Shown here: positions 1 through 9,421 of the stretch, in pieces
Numbering within the stretch: the stretch's first letter is position 1
Layout of the letters: every line of letters starts with the position of its first letter
Program-made: the position numbers and the translations under genes
From: Candidatus Woesearchaeota archaeon
GTDB taxonomy: Archaea > Nanobdellota > Nanobdellia > Woesearchaeales > GCA-023898365
Direction: 5' to 3'
NCBI GenBank assembly: GCA_023898365.1
Contig: CP060219.1
Span: forward strand, 334,688-398,687
Length of the DNA: 64,000 nt
Notes under the pieces: model-generated
Told to the model about the DNA's origin: nothing
Seen by the model: the letters and a program-made list of their open reading frames with translations, nothing else
Databases searched by the model: none

Positions 1-1356
1 AGATCTCTTTAAAACACCATGCTTAAAAAGATAAAAGCGATAAACAAAATCCTTAATATAATCTCTTGCCACATCAACAAATCTATCAGACTCGGAAAAA
101 GCAAGACCTTTCTGAGGAGTTATTCTCATTTCAAAGAGTGATGAAGTCTTCCAAAATTCTTGAAAAGCGCCGCCAGCATCAAAACCACCCGGATGAGAAC
201 GCATAGTCTCAACAAGACCTAACGCTTCACTTTCATCAACAAGAAAATGATTATTTCTGCGAGAAATACGATCTCTAAATTCTTGTTTGGAAAGAGGATC
301 CCCTCTAGTATACGTTGGTTCTGAAAGAACAACAAGAACATCATCTAACGATTTTTCATCAAAAGATAAATTTCGTTCAATAAACCATGCTTTTATCTCA
401 TCTTGCGTTATATGTAAACTACCTCGATCTCGAATAGATTTGATGAATTCGTACACGACAGTAAGAGTTGAACCCTGAGCAATAACATCTCCCGCTAACG
501 CACGTTTCAACAAACGATCATAATACTCCTGCAATAAATCATTTACCATCGGTTCTGATGTAAGAGGGGGAAAAGAAAGAATTTCTTCATCTATGCGCTG
601 GCCAGCTTGCAAAGCAAGATAATTGCCAAAAACCAAATCATACACCCAATCAGGACGCCTACTTGTTAGAAGCTCTCTGTTTTCAAGAAAATGAACTGTT
701 TGCAATCCTACTTCATCAAGAGTTCTTTGTTCGGAAGCGAGAGTTAAATGTGTTGCCCAGTCATAATAAAACAATTCTAAAGTTCGATTGATATGAGTAA
801 CATAATCAGAAGGAGAAACAGGAATCATTTTTGCTTGACCGACACGATCCTTAAGAACAGCAAGATGTTGGTCAAGAGGTTCTTTAAGTAAGTCTTCTAA
901 ACCTTGCGGTCGTCCAAACAAAAGGCCGATAGCTTCAGGAAGTATGCGAAATAGTGGGTGAGAAGATAAGTGATCTTGATCAAAAGGAGTTTTCAATTTA
1001 TCCAATGAAATTCCTTGAGCGTTCAAAGAAGATTCTGCTCCAGAATAATCACTCAATTCTAAGGCAAGATAAGCAACAATAAAACTCAATTTGTCCACCA
1101 CATGCAAATTACCAACAAACAACTGGTGATCTGCCAGGCGAGAAAAAGAAGTGTCAAGAAGAGGAACAAGAGAGTTGAAATATTCTTGAAGAGAACCCCT
1201 AAATGAAAGAGGAACTTGACCGATAATGTGGCGTCTCTGATCTTGATGTTTCAAGAAATTGCCAATTTTTTCCTCTAACAAATGAGAACGAAAACGATCT
1301 TTAGTCTTAGGAAACTCCGTCATTGATGAACTTAACACTTCTTGACTACTTTCCAT
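1..1356 (-). CDS. Partial CDS: N-terminal ~452 aa of a large hypothetical protein, with the ATG at 1356..1354 and the ORF continuing past the window start with no stop codon. It is the fourth gene of the tandem array of large proteins. It is absent from the supplied ORF track because its stop lies outside the window.
   Basis: Manual minus-strand translation from ATG 1356 gives MESSQEVLSSSMTEFPKTKDRF...RDYIKDFVYRFYLFKHGVLKRS with no stop down to nt 1. The frame was spot-checked at nt 1-60, 601-660 and 1261-1356. It lies 7 nt downstream of the stop of the 922-aa gene. Confidence 0.5.
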   Translation of the reverse strand, partial: MESSQEVLSSSMTEFPKTKDRFRSHLLEEKIGNFLKHQDQRRHIIGQVPLSFRGSLQEYFNSLVPLLDTSFSRLADHQLFVGNLHVVDKLSFIVAYLALELSDYSGAESSLNAQGISLDKLKTPFDQDHLSSHPLFRILPEAIGLLFGRPQGLEDLLKEPLDQHLAVLKDRVGQAKMIPVSPSDYVTHINRTLELFYYDWATHLTLASEQRTLDEVGLQTVHFLENRELLTSRRPDWVYDLVFGNYLALQAGQRIDEEILSFPPLTSEPMVNDLLQEYYDRLLKRALAGDVIAQGSTLTVVYEFIKSIRDRGSLHITQDEIKAWFIERNLSFDEKSLDDVLVVLSEPTYTRGDPLSKQEFRDRISRRNNHFLVDESEALGLVETMRSHPGGFDAGGAFQEFWKTSSLFEMRITPQKGLAFSESDRFVDVARDYIKDFVYRFYLFKHGVLKRS

Positions 1357-1362
1357 ATTCTT

Positions 1363-4131
1363 CTAAAACCCTTCTGGAGGAAAAACAATAAATCCCTCAC
1401 CTGATTGTGCTTGTGTAGGTAGCTTTTCATTGTGGATCATCGGTTTCTTTTTCTCCATCCCAAATCGCTCCATTTCTCTTTCCACATCTATTTCTATTGC
1501 TCTCAAATAACCTTCGCCCATATTCCAGTGCGGCATCGGATTACCAGGATTGCTATGCCGTTCCCACTCATAAAACGACGTTAAATATTCTTCACCACTG
1601 TACGGCAAAGTTTGCGGCAAACGCGAAGCAACAATATCACGCAAACGCCTCATAAACGGCGGCATGACTTCAGCTATGTCTACGACTGACCCATCGGGGC
1701 GCGTAATACCTTCGCGATCTTCCTCATAAAAATACGTCGGATCCTGAGCATTTTGTAACTTCGCAACCAAATCAGCAGGCAAAGGAGCCTTACGAACCTG
1801 ATGCGTATAAGCAAAACCATCAACTTCATGAGGTGTGCGAAGCAACACAAACTTTCTCACCCCATCCGCATCAACTTCTTTGAAAGTAAAATCAACTCCT
1901 TCATGCAAACGCGCTTGCGAAGCAACATAACGAACAAAATCCTGCGTGCTCTGCTGATCACGACTATGAGAGGCGTTCACTAACAGTCGGTTCACTCCCC
2001 GCCTATGTGCCAATTGAAGAAGGTTATGATAATTAAACTTATGCCATAGATAAGGTGTTCGATCACCTATAAAAGCCAAGGAGTGTGTTTGCAACGTAAT
2101 AAGTTCTGACTCGGGTCCACCAACAGTTCCATCAAGAACTAACACGCGCCCATGTCCTGCAGCGTAGCCTTCAAAGAGAATGTTCTTCACAGAAGAGCCA
2201 ACAAATTCATCTCCCTGATACAAATTAATATGAGGTAAATAAACACTAGGATCTAAACGAAAAACAAGTTGCGCAACACTTTCATCACAACCAGCACCTA
2301 AACAAGAAGCAGTCAAATCACAAACATCATCCAAAAAATCTTCATTTGTTTCAAAAACAATTCTATCAAATCTCTGTGAACCTTTCAATCGGTGTTTAAT
2401 TCTTGTTAAAAAATCAGCTGTGTGCGTTTCACCAAGTCTGTCTAACAAATTCGACTTGCCCCAACCTGCTTCCATTCGATAATATTTCGGAGGCGGAGGA
2501 TGTCGATAAGTTCTCACTCTGATTAATTCATCAATCGCAGAACACAATTCTTCATCAGATAATGATCTAACTGGATCAAGAGAACTCTCAACTTGCATTT
2601 GACGAAACAACGAACTCAGTACGGGGTTTGCAAATTCATCAAGTAAAGAAAATATTTTTGGTTTTGAAGTGATCAAGTAAGAACTCACCATGCTATCACC
2701 ATCTAACCAATCAGGTAACAACTCAGAGAAAATAACTCTTCCAAAGCGATCTTTATGCAACAAGTGACCTTTGGCAACGGCACGTTTCATATCTCTGTGT
2801 GCTAAACCACCATCATAAGCAGTTTTTTTTAATGGAAGAAGCATTTTTAACAAGAGTGCTTGCTGAGCAATAAATTGAATTGCAGTTTCACGAGCATCAA
2901 CAAGATCGGTTGCTATGCGACCAGCCAATGTTTCAGTAACCGAGCGAGCAAGGAGTTGCAGCTCTCTACTACCCCTTTCAGCATCACGATGTTTTGCAAC
3001 AACAGCGCCATAACCGCCCTCGGGAAGATCTTCTCGCAATAATTCAAATGCTCGTCGTTCATCAACAAGAGGATGACGTTGTAAGATTGGCGCAGTAAAG
3101 AGTTTCGTTAAATATTGTTGATGACGCAAAGCACGAACATCGCCAATCGTTGATCCTTCTGAAAATGCTTTCTTAACCAGCGATATATACAGTGAAGCTC
3201 TTTGATCATCAGAAAATGCTGGTAGAGCAAAATGAAACCAACGGTCTTGTTCTTCTTCACTTAACTCTTCAAATGACTTTCCTTTCAAAACACCAACTAA
3301 TTCGCCGAGAGCAATATAGATTTCGGGAATTTCCAGTAATCTTTCTCGTAAAAACAGCTTTGAAATAAGATTAGTAACTCGTTCACTCAGATCAGGTCTT
3401 GAAGCGGTTCTAGCATAGTTGTAAAAAAAGAAAAACAAAGGATGAGAACCATAATTTTCTTTAAGAAGCCGTAAACCCAATTGATAGGATAGGCGAGCAT
3501 CAGTTCTGTGTTTAGCACCAAAAAATTCTAAAGGTGCAAGCATCCCATAAGCACCAATGCCTTCTGGTCGCGAATTTTGAAAAATGAGTTTTTGATCAGC
3601 TTCTTGTTGTAAAACATCCCTTAGCGAACGATAGTATTCTGCATAAAGAAAATGATAAAACATTGATGTTGCTTCTGAAATAAATGAAGGTTTTTCATCT
3701 AAAATTGTTGCAATTGTTGAAAAATATCTGCCGGCAAGTCGCAAAACCTCGTGGTGATCATCCTCCATTGGGAGAAATCTTCCAAAAGAAAAAGGTTTAT
3801 TCTGATTCGTTGTGACAGCAACTAATGCAACATCTTCTTCGAAAGTTTTCATAACTTTCAAAAATTCAAGACCGAATGCCACATACTCTTGCAAACGAGA
3901 AGCACCTTTTAAAATTGCAAGTTCTTGATTGAAAAAAAAGAGTGTGCGTTCATTGTATTCATCAAATGAATCACCAATAATATCAATATCTCTAAAAGAA
4001 GGGTTTGCAAAGGATTCTATCTCAGCCAACGTTTGTTGCCAAAAATCCTCATCAGGATGCATTTTAGCAGTTCTTGCAAAGTTTGGCATTTCAAGCCGTT
4101 CAAAATCCGCAACGATTTGGTCAAGTGTCAT
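1363..4131 (-). CDS. Large hypothetical protein (922 aa), paralog P1 of the tandem array. It has a divergent helical N-terminal region and a conserved C-terminal domain with Cys and His motifs (approximately nt 1363-2390).
   Basis: Long ORF starting at ATG 4131 (MTLDQIVADFERL). The C-terminal ~340 aa share motifs with the next two genes: DDVCDLTASC, AQLVFRLDP, GSSVKNILFEG, LVLDGTVGG, NASHSRDQQSTQDFVRYVA, YLTSFYEWE and HWNMGEG. Confidence 0.85.
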   Translation of the reverse strand: MTLDQIVADFERLEMPNFARTAKMHPDEDFWQQTLAEIESFANPSFRDIDIIGDSFDEYNERTLFFFNQELAILKGASRLQEYVAFGLEFLKVMKTFEEDVALVAVTTNQNKPFSFGRFLPMEDDHHEVLRLAGRYFSTIATILDEKPSFISEATSMFYHFLYAEYYRSLRDVLQQEADQKLIFQNSRPEGIGAYGMLAPLEFFGAKHRTDARLSYQLGLRLLKENYGSHPLFFFFYNYARTASRPDLSERVTNLISKLFLRERLLEIPEIYIALGELVGVLKGKSFEELSEEEQDRWFHFALPAFSDDQRASLYISLVKKAFSEGSTIGDVRALRHQQYLTKLFTAPILQRHPLVDERRAFELLREDLPEGGYGAVVAKHRDAERGSRELQLLARSVTETLAGRIATDLVDARETAIQFIAQQALLLKMLLPLKKTAYDGGLAHRDMKRAVAKGHLLHKDRFGRVIFSELLPDWLDGDSMVSSYLITSKPKIFSLLDEFANPVLSSLFRQMQVESSLDPVRSLSDEELCSAIDELIRVRTYRHPPPPKYYRMEAGWGKSNLLDRLGETHTADFLTRIKHRLKGSQRFDRIVFETNEDFLDDVCDLTASCLGAGCDESVAQLVFRLDPSVYLPHINLYQGDEFVGSSVKNILFEGYAAGHGRVLVLDGTVGGPESELITLQTHSLAFIGDRTPYLWHKFNYHNLLQLAHRRGVNRLLVNASHSRDQQSTQDFVRYVASQARLHEGVDFTFKEVDADGVRKFVLLRTPHEVDGFAYTHQVRKAPLPADLVAKLQNAQDPTYFYEEDREGITRPDGSVVDIAEVMPPFMRRLRDIVASRLPQTLPYSGEEYLTSFYEWERHSNPGNPMPHWNMGEGYLRAIEIDVEREMERFGMEKKKPMIHNEKLPTQAQSGEGFIVFPPEGF

Positions 4132-4161
4132 GGTAATTTATTATTTTCAAAGCCAGCGTGA

Positions 4162-6285
4162 TTAGAATGGTAAGTCTTCACCATCATAATCACCTAATTC
4201 CGTTTTTAAACCCATTCTTCTCATTTCTTTCTGCACATCTATTTCAAGAGCGCAAATGGCCCCTCGTCCTTTTGTCCACTGGTGCTGACCGCCAATCACC
4301 TTCTCGTCTTGTTCACTTTCGTGTTGGAAAAAAGAGTCTAAATATAAAAGTCGATCAGAGTGTAGTTTTCCTTTCAGTTGAGGATACTTTTCTATCAAGT
4401 AAGATTTGTAGTCTTCAGGACCAATTACTTCAACATGGTGCGTATAGCGAGGCGCGTCTCCTGAAAAGCGCATACCTTGGACCAGTATTTGAGAGCCTTT
4501 TCTCTGAATTTTTAATTCTGTTGAACCATTTTCTAATTGTGAAGCAACATAACGAACAAATTCATGAGGGGAGTCTTGCCCTGGCGAATGATGTGTGTTT
4601 AGCAGGAGCGCGGAGTAACCTAAGCTGTGTGCTAATAATAGTAAGGCACGATAATTTTCCTTCATCCAAGTCTCTTTTGAAAACAACGTGTCTGCAGCTT
4701 TTCCTGCAATACAACCATCTAATAACAGTCCCTGTTTAACAGCAGATGCGTCATCTTCATCAAGTCGTCTGCTTGTTACTTCTGCAAGAATATTTTTAAC
4801 ACCTCCTCCAATTGAACCGCCAATAGTTATTAAATCAAGATGAAGTAAATGTGTGCGTGGATGTAAGAGATAGAGCAATTGTGCATGGGTATTTATACCA
4901 CCTTTGGAAAGACAAGAATCGGTCACATCACAAACACATCTAAGAGCATTAGTTTCAACTTTGAATTCTGTTTCCCTAACTCCTTGATAAGGCGTACCAT
5001 ACCTAGAAAAAGTTACTTGATGATAATAGTCTATTGTTCGTGAGAGCCAATCATCAATTGCTTCATAACCCCAAAAAGGACTCATATCTCTTTGTGAAGT
5101 TCTAAGTTGATCTTGGTGGTTTTTTCTTCTATTTGAAGGATTTTTTCGACGAACATCAAGCTCTCTTGCAACTGATCGCAATTGCGTAAAACGATCTTTT
5201 ACAAATATGTGAACATCTCGCATTACTCGAATTATTTTTGCTGGATGGGGTGCTGAGTCTTCCTGATTCGGCAATGAAGAAAAAATTTCAAGCTCGCCCT
5301 CCAAATCGCCCTCTTCATGAGTTTCAATGAATTTTTGTGGATCATCAAAAAATTGTTTCATTTCAGGGTGATCAGGTCTGTACAGCTGAGATAAAAAACC
5401 TAAAAGATTAGTTTCCTCGAGAAAATGTTGCAAAGAAGTCAAGTCTTTTCGTGAAAAAAGAAGCTGCACGTCATCAAGGTCTTCAGTTAAACAAGGTAGC
5501 ATAAATCTATGATGACCTCTGAGGAATGGCCAGAAACGATAAAGGTTTTCTTCAGAAAAAGAAAATTCTTTATCTAACAAACGTCTAGCATCGCGTGCAG
5601 TATCAAAGGGAACATCTTTAAAGTCATCCCAAGGCTCATCTAAAGAAGAAAAATGTTCCAACAACCCCTCTCTAAAAGGATTTCTTTCTCCAAGAAAAGC
5701 AAACTGTAAGCGTAAAGAATCATGATAATCACTGAGCATATCTGTTAGAAGTACAGGTAACTTCCGACCTGACTTCTTTTTAAGTGCCTTTCTTTGACGT
5801 TGCATGGAATAAATGTACAACAATTCACCTAAAAAAAACAAATAGTCGTTGAATATCTTTGCAGAATCATTCTCTGAAGTGGACAATTTTATCAGATGTT
5901 CTCTACCTGGTCGTAAGTTGATCCTTGGTGGAGGGCTTTCTTCATCAGAAAGATCATACGATCTATCCAAAAAAATTTCAAACAAAGCAGCTTCATCTAC
6001 AACATCATTTAATTGAGAGGGTGCTAGACGAGCACGAGGAGAAGAGGGATCTTGTGAGAGTAAAAGTATTCTGCTTAAATAGTTCTTTTGTTTTCCAAGA
6101 CGCTCGGCGTATAATTGTGAAGAACGAACACCATCGCTGTGCTGGTAAAGGTCTAACTTTTCAGGTTCACTAACTAATGATTCGAAGTGTGCAGTAGGAT
6201 TACTAGTGATCAGTCGGATTTCTTCTTCAATTTTCCTAATGGCGTCTTCGAGCTTCTCCCTTCGTTCGCGAATTTTTGAGGTCAT
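4162..6285 (-). CDS. Large hypothetical protein (~707 aa from ATG 6285; the track's 6297 start is a TTG), paralog P2. The conserved Cys/His domain lies at approximately nt 4162-4950.
   Basis: Motifs CDVTDSC, AQLLYLLHP, GGSIGGGVKNILAEV, LLLDGCIAG, NTHHSPGQDSPHEFVRYVASQ and a C-terminal ALEIDVQKEMRRMG shared with P1. The N-terminus MTSKIRERREKLE is identical to that of P3. Confidence 0.85.
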   Translation of the reverse strand: MTSKIRERREKLEDAIRKIEEEIRLITSNPTAHFESLVSEPEKLDLYQHSDGVRSSQLYAERLGKQKNYLSRILLLSQDPSSPRARLAPSQLNDVVDEAALFEIFLDRSYDLSDEESPPPRINLRPGREHLIKLSTSENDSAKIFNDYLFFLGELLYIYSMQRQRKALKKKSGRKLPVLLTDMLSDYHDSLRLQFAFLGERNPFREGLLEHFSSLDEPWDDFKDVPFDTARDARRLLDKEFSFSEENLYRFWPFLRGHHRFMLPCLTEDLDDVQLLFSRKDLTSLQHFLEETNLLGFLSQLYRPDHPEMKQFFDDPQKFIETHEEGDLEGELEIFSSLPNQEDSAPHPAKIIRVMRDVHIFVKDRFTQLRSVARELDVRRKNPSNRRKNHQDQLRTSQRDMSPFWGYEAIDDWLSRTIDYYHQVTFSRYGTPYQGVRETEFKVETNALRCVCDVTDSCLSKGGINTHAQLLYLLHPRTHLLHLDLITIGGSIGGGVKNILAEVTSRRLDEDDASAVKQGLLLDGCIAGKAADTLFSKETWMKENYRALLLLAHSLGYSALLLNTHHSPGQDSPHEFVRYVASQLENGSTELKIQRKGSQILVQGMRFSGDAPRYTHHVEVIGPEDYKSYLIEKYPQLKGKLHSDRLLYLDSFFQHESEQDEKVIGGQHQWTKGRGAICALEIDVQKEMRRMGLKTELGDYDGEDLPF

Positions 6286-6289
6286 TTCT

Positions 6290-8350
6290 TCAATCAATCA
6301 CCTCATCATTCGTTGCAGTTCCACCCCAATCAAGGTCTTTCAAAGACTCAGGGTCGGAATTCCAATTATCATAATAATTAGTTTCTTTTTGGGAAAGTTC
6401 AACAGGAGGACCTGGATCATCTTCTAAGTATTTAGAATACGTATCGCCCATTTCAAATCTACGTTTCGTTCTCTCAAATTTAATTCGTTTTTCTGTCAGA
6501 GAAGTAAAAACCATACCTGCAACAGTAACTTCCAACCCAGTCATTAAACCTTCGCCTTGATTCCAATGAGGCGTCGGATTTTTAGGATTGACGGTCTTTT
6601 CCCATTCATAAAAAGAGGTCAAGTATTGTCGCCCATCATATGGTGTTGCAGCATCACCAAACATTTTTTTGCTCTCGGCGTTAATCTGATCAATTACTTT
6701 AGTAAAATCTTGAGTGACTTTCTTTCTAACACGGTGTGTGTGAGTCAAACCTGTTGTTTCATCAGAATTTAAACCTCTAAACAATCTGAATTCTCGAACT
6801 CTTCCTTTTCGCTCAAAAGAATAATCCGATCCGTCTTGCAAACCAATCTGTTCAGCCACATAACGAACAAAATCATGTGTACTCTGCTGATCGCGACTAT
6901 GAGAGGTGTTAAATATAATTCTGGAGTAACCGTTTTTTTGCGCAAACAACACAAGCGATCTGAAATTAAGATCAAACCATTGTTCTCTAAATTCATTACC
7001 AGAATAATGAATCATGTCAGCTTCCAAACCTCCAACACAACCATCATGAACAAGAACTTTTCCAGAAGAATCTTCTCCTTCAAACACTATGTGCTTTAAA
7101 GAAGATCCTGCAAACAATCTATGATCAAAGAATGACTGGTGCAAGTATTGCCTTTCCATTTGATAGAGATTAACATGGAAAATATGTGTAGAAGGATCCA
7201 AACGATAGAGTAACTGGGCAACAGTTTCATTTCCCATACTTGAAAAACAAGAAGCGGTCAAATCACACACATCATCAAGAACATCAAGATTATGTTCAAA
7301 CCGCACTCCATTAAATTTTCTTGTAGCACCTAAAGATTTCTCCAATCTTAACAAATAATCATAAAAGACCACGACTTGATCATAGCGATCTTGAAATTGA
7401 GGATTCTGAGCATCATGCCGTTCTCCTTTTGAAGAAATACGACCTAATCTTTTTCCAACGTAAGCTCTTATGGTTTGAACAAGTTCTGCAACTTTTTTTG
7501 ATCGAAAATCATTAACATAATTTGTATGACCCACTTCCTTTACTGCTTTAACTAACTTAACTAGGGGCCACAGATATTGTTGTCGTGGCGAAAGAGGTTT
7601 AGCTGGCCAAGCATCTGCCAAAACCCTACAAGCATTCACTAAATCAACTAATTCTCTACCTGGAAAAGCAGGACTGGCAAACAAGTTAAAATCAGAATCG
7701 TCTTCTTTCAAATCATCTATAGAAAATACTTCTAATTGTCGAGGTTCCTCTGGATCCTCCTTGATAGGATCTTTAATGACAAACGACATGTTTACCTTAT
7801 CAAAAGATTTTTTTGCAAACACAACTTCAGCATAGTATTCAAATATCTTCTTCAATAACGTCCTACCTTGAAACAAGGGGCCAGATCTTGATTTCACAAG
7901 AGTGGCAAAAGGCCTCTCATCAATTTCCCCTACATCCTCAGAGAAAGCAATCTCTGCAGGAGTTCTAAAATTTACTAAATCTGCATCAGACCATTGAAAA
8001 ATTGGCAACAAAGGTTCATTCCAAAAATTTACCAATGGATACTTAAAAGAAGACTTGAACTCATGAAAAATCTTAGCAAGAGCTTGATAGTTTGGATCCT
8101 CACCAACCACACCAAATTGATCAGGTTTTGGTTCTTCAACATTCTCAAATTGATGAAGATTTTCTCTATCTAAAACTACTTCAAGCACAGGTTTCATATC
8201 AGCAACAGGATGTTCTCCAGGTTCTGCAGTTTCTGCTCGTTTTAAGAAAGCAATTTTCTCCCGTAAAAGAGAAGTATCGCGACCTTTAGCCCAATCACTA
8301 GCTAGAATCTCCTCAAGTTTCTCCCTTCGTTCGCGAATTTTTGAGGTCAT
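6290..8350 (-). CDS. Large hypothetical protein (686 aa), paralog P3. Its conserved Cys/His domain is internal (approximately nt 6520-7320) and is followed by an ~85-aa acidic tail.
   Basis: Motifs LDDVCDLTASC, AQLLYRLDP, GSSLKHIVFEG, LVHDGCVGG, NTSHSRDQQSTHDFVRYVAEQ, YLTSFYEWE and HWNQGEG. Its stop is 4 nt before the P2 ATG. Confidence 0.85.
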   Translation of the reverse strand: MTSKIRERREKLEEILASDWAKGRDTSLLREKIAFLKRAETAEPGEHPVADMKPVLEVVLDRENLHQFENVEEPKPDQFGVVGEDPNYQALAKIFHEFKSSFKYPLVNFWNEPLLPIFQWSDADLVNFRTPAEIAFSEDVGEIDERPFATLVKSRSGPLFQGRTLLKKIFEYYAEVVFAKKSFDKVNMSFVIKDPIKEDPEEPRQLEVFSIDDLKEDDSDFNLFASPAFPGRELVDLVNACRVLADAWPAKPLSPRQQYLWPLVKLVKAVKEVGHTNYVNDFRSKKVAELVQTIRAYVGKRLGRISSKGERHDAQNPQFQDRYDQVVVFYDYLLRLEKSLGATRKFNGVRFEHNLDVLDDVCDLTASCFSSMGNETVAQLLYRLDPSTHIFHVNLYQMERQYLHQSFFDHRLFAGSSLKHIVFEGEDSSGKVLVHDGCVGGLEADMIHYSGNEFREQWFDLNFRSLVLFAQKNGYSRIIFNTSHSRDQQSTHDFVRYVAEQIGLQDGSDYSFERKGRVREFRLFRGLNSDETTGLTHTHRVRKKVTQDFTKVIDQINAESKKMFGDAATPYDGRQYLTSFYEWEKTVNPKNPTPHWNQGEGLMTGLEVTVAGMVFTSLTEKRIKFERTKRRFEMGDTYSKYLEDDPGPPVELSQKETNYYDNWNSDPESLKDLDWGGTATNDEVID

Positions 8351-8526
8351 AGTCTTACAGCTAGGAATTCGAGCCTTTTGGACTATACATAAAGGGTTTC
8401 ACACTTATAAATCTTACTATTTTTACCTCTATATAGTGGTATCAAATGAGAAAAACACTAAATATTTCCTTTCAACACAACAAACTTAATTAATTTCCAT
8501 ATAGAAAATAATTAAAACAAAAAAAA

Positions 8527-8994
8527 TTAGCCTTGGAGCTCAAGTAACTTTTTCTTAACCAAAGCAGCATGGCCTTTTGCTTTGACTGCCTTCCACCAGT
8601 GCACAACCTTGCCAGAAGGGTCAATAATCACAGTCGAACGTTTAACGCCGTTAAACATCCGTCCGTACAACATTTTCTTTCCCCAAGCACCATAGTTTTC
8701 CATCATGTGCGCATCGGGATCGGATAATAATCGCACTTTCAAATTATACTTTTCACGAAATTTTTGGTGCGATGCTGAGGAATCTTTGCTGACACCAAGA
8801 ACAGTAGCACCTATTTTCTCAAAACCTGCAAACTCATCAGTAAATTCGCACGCCTCTACTGTGCACCCGGGCGTATTGTCCTTTGGATAGAAATAAATCA
8901 CCACCCATTTGCCTAGATAATCCTTCAAGGACACGTTTTTCTCATCCGTATCGCGTAATGTAAAGGCAGGAGCCTTTTTTCCAACCAATTCCAT
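8527..8994 (-). CDS. bcp: Peroxiredoxin of the Bcp type (thiol peroxidase, AhpC/TSA family)
   Basis: 155 aa with KAPAFTL, the peroxidatic cysteine motif YFYPKDNTPGCT and the resolving-Cys region CEF. The length is typical for Bcp. Confidence 0.85.
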   Translation of the reverse strand: MELVGKKAPAFTLRDTDEKNVSLKDYLGKWVVIYFYPKDNTPGCTVEACEFTDEFAGFEKIGATVLGVSKDSSASHQKFREKYNLKVRLLSDPDAHMMENYGAWGKKMLYGRMFNGVKRSTVIIDPSGKVVHWWKAVKAKGHAALVKKKLLELQG

Positions 8995-9025
8995 AATTCA
9001 CCTCAAAAAATAATAAAAAAATAAA

Positions 9026-9421
9026 TTACTTCTTATTTACCCACAGTCCGTGTAAATTACAGTAGGCACGCACTTTGACATCGCTTGCATCTAAAACAAG
9101 AAACTCAGCTTTAGGCGCATCGCCTGGCGTTAACTTCTGCGTTAAGACTTGAGAACCTGCTAAGACCTGAATAAAGCCAATGTAATGATCTTCATCCATG
9201 GGATGAGGAATAGAGCCAACATTAACAATGACTTTGTTTCCTTCAATTTCCACAATGGGCACGTGCTTTTCTTTACCTTCATCTTTTAAGAAGATTTCAG
9301 GCAAATTTCTCCAGGATGCATCTGCAAGAGTTTCTCCATCAAATAATTCTACAACAACTTTACTTTCTTTATGTTGATATATGTCCATTGTTATTACCTC
9401 AAATTTTTCCAACCAAGTCAA
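9026..9421 (-). CDS. sor: Superoxide reductase (1Fe-SOR / neelaredoxin class, desulfoferrodoxin family)
   Basis: EKHVPIVEI, GSIPHPMDEDHYI and CNLHGLW motifs. The longest ORF overlaps ahpC by 23 nt; an alternative start MDIYQ at nt 9388 would give ~120 aa. Confidence 0.8.
   Translation of the reverse strand: MTWLEKFEVITMDIYQHKESKVVVELFDGETLADASWRNLPEIFLKDEGKEKHVPIVEIEGNKVIVNVGSIPHPMDEDHYIGFIQVLAGSQVLTQKLTPGDAPKAEFLVLDASDVKVRAYCNLHGLWVNKK

Noticed and set aside
287-478. 63-aa plus-strand ORF near the window start
   Set aside because: It lies wholly inside the long minus-strand reading frame of the fourth array gene and has no supporting features, so it is most likely spurious.
1363-8350. Assigning the conserved Cys/His domain of the paralog array to a named family (transglutaminase-like, NlpC/P60, GATase, kinase HRD loop)
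   Set aside because: Spacing and flanking residues do not fit any of these well enough by eye, for example a Cys-to-His spacing of ~25 aa versus ~40 aa in the transglutaminase core. The domain is left unassigned pending profile searches.
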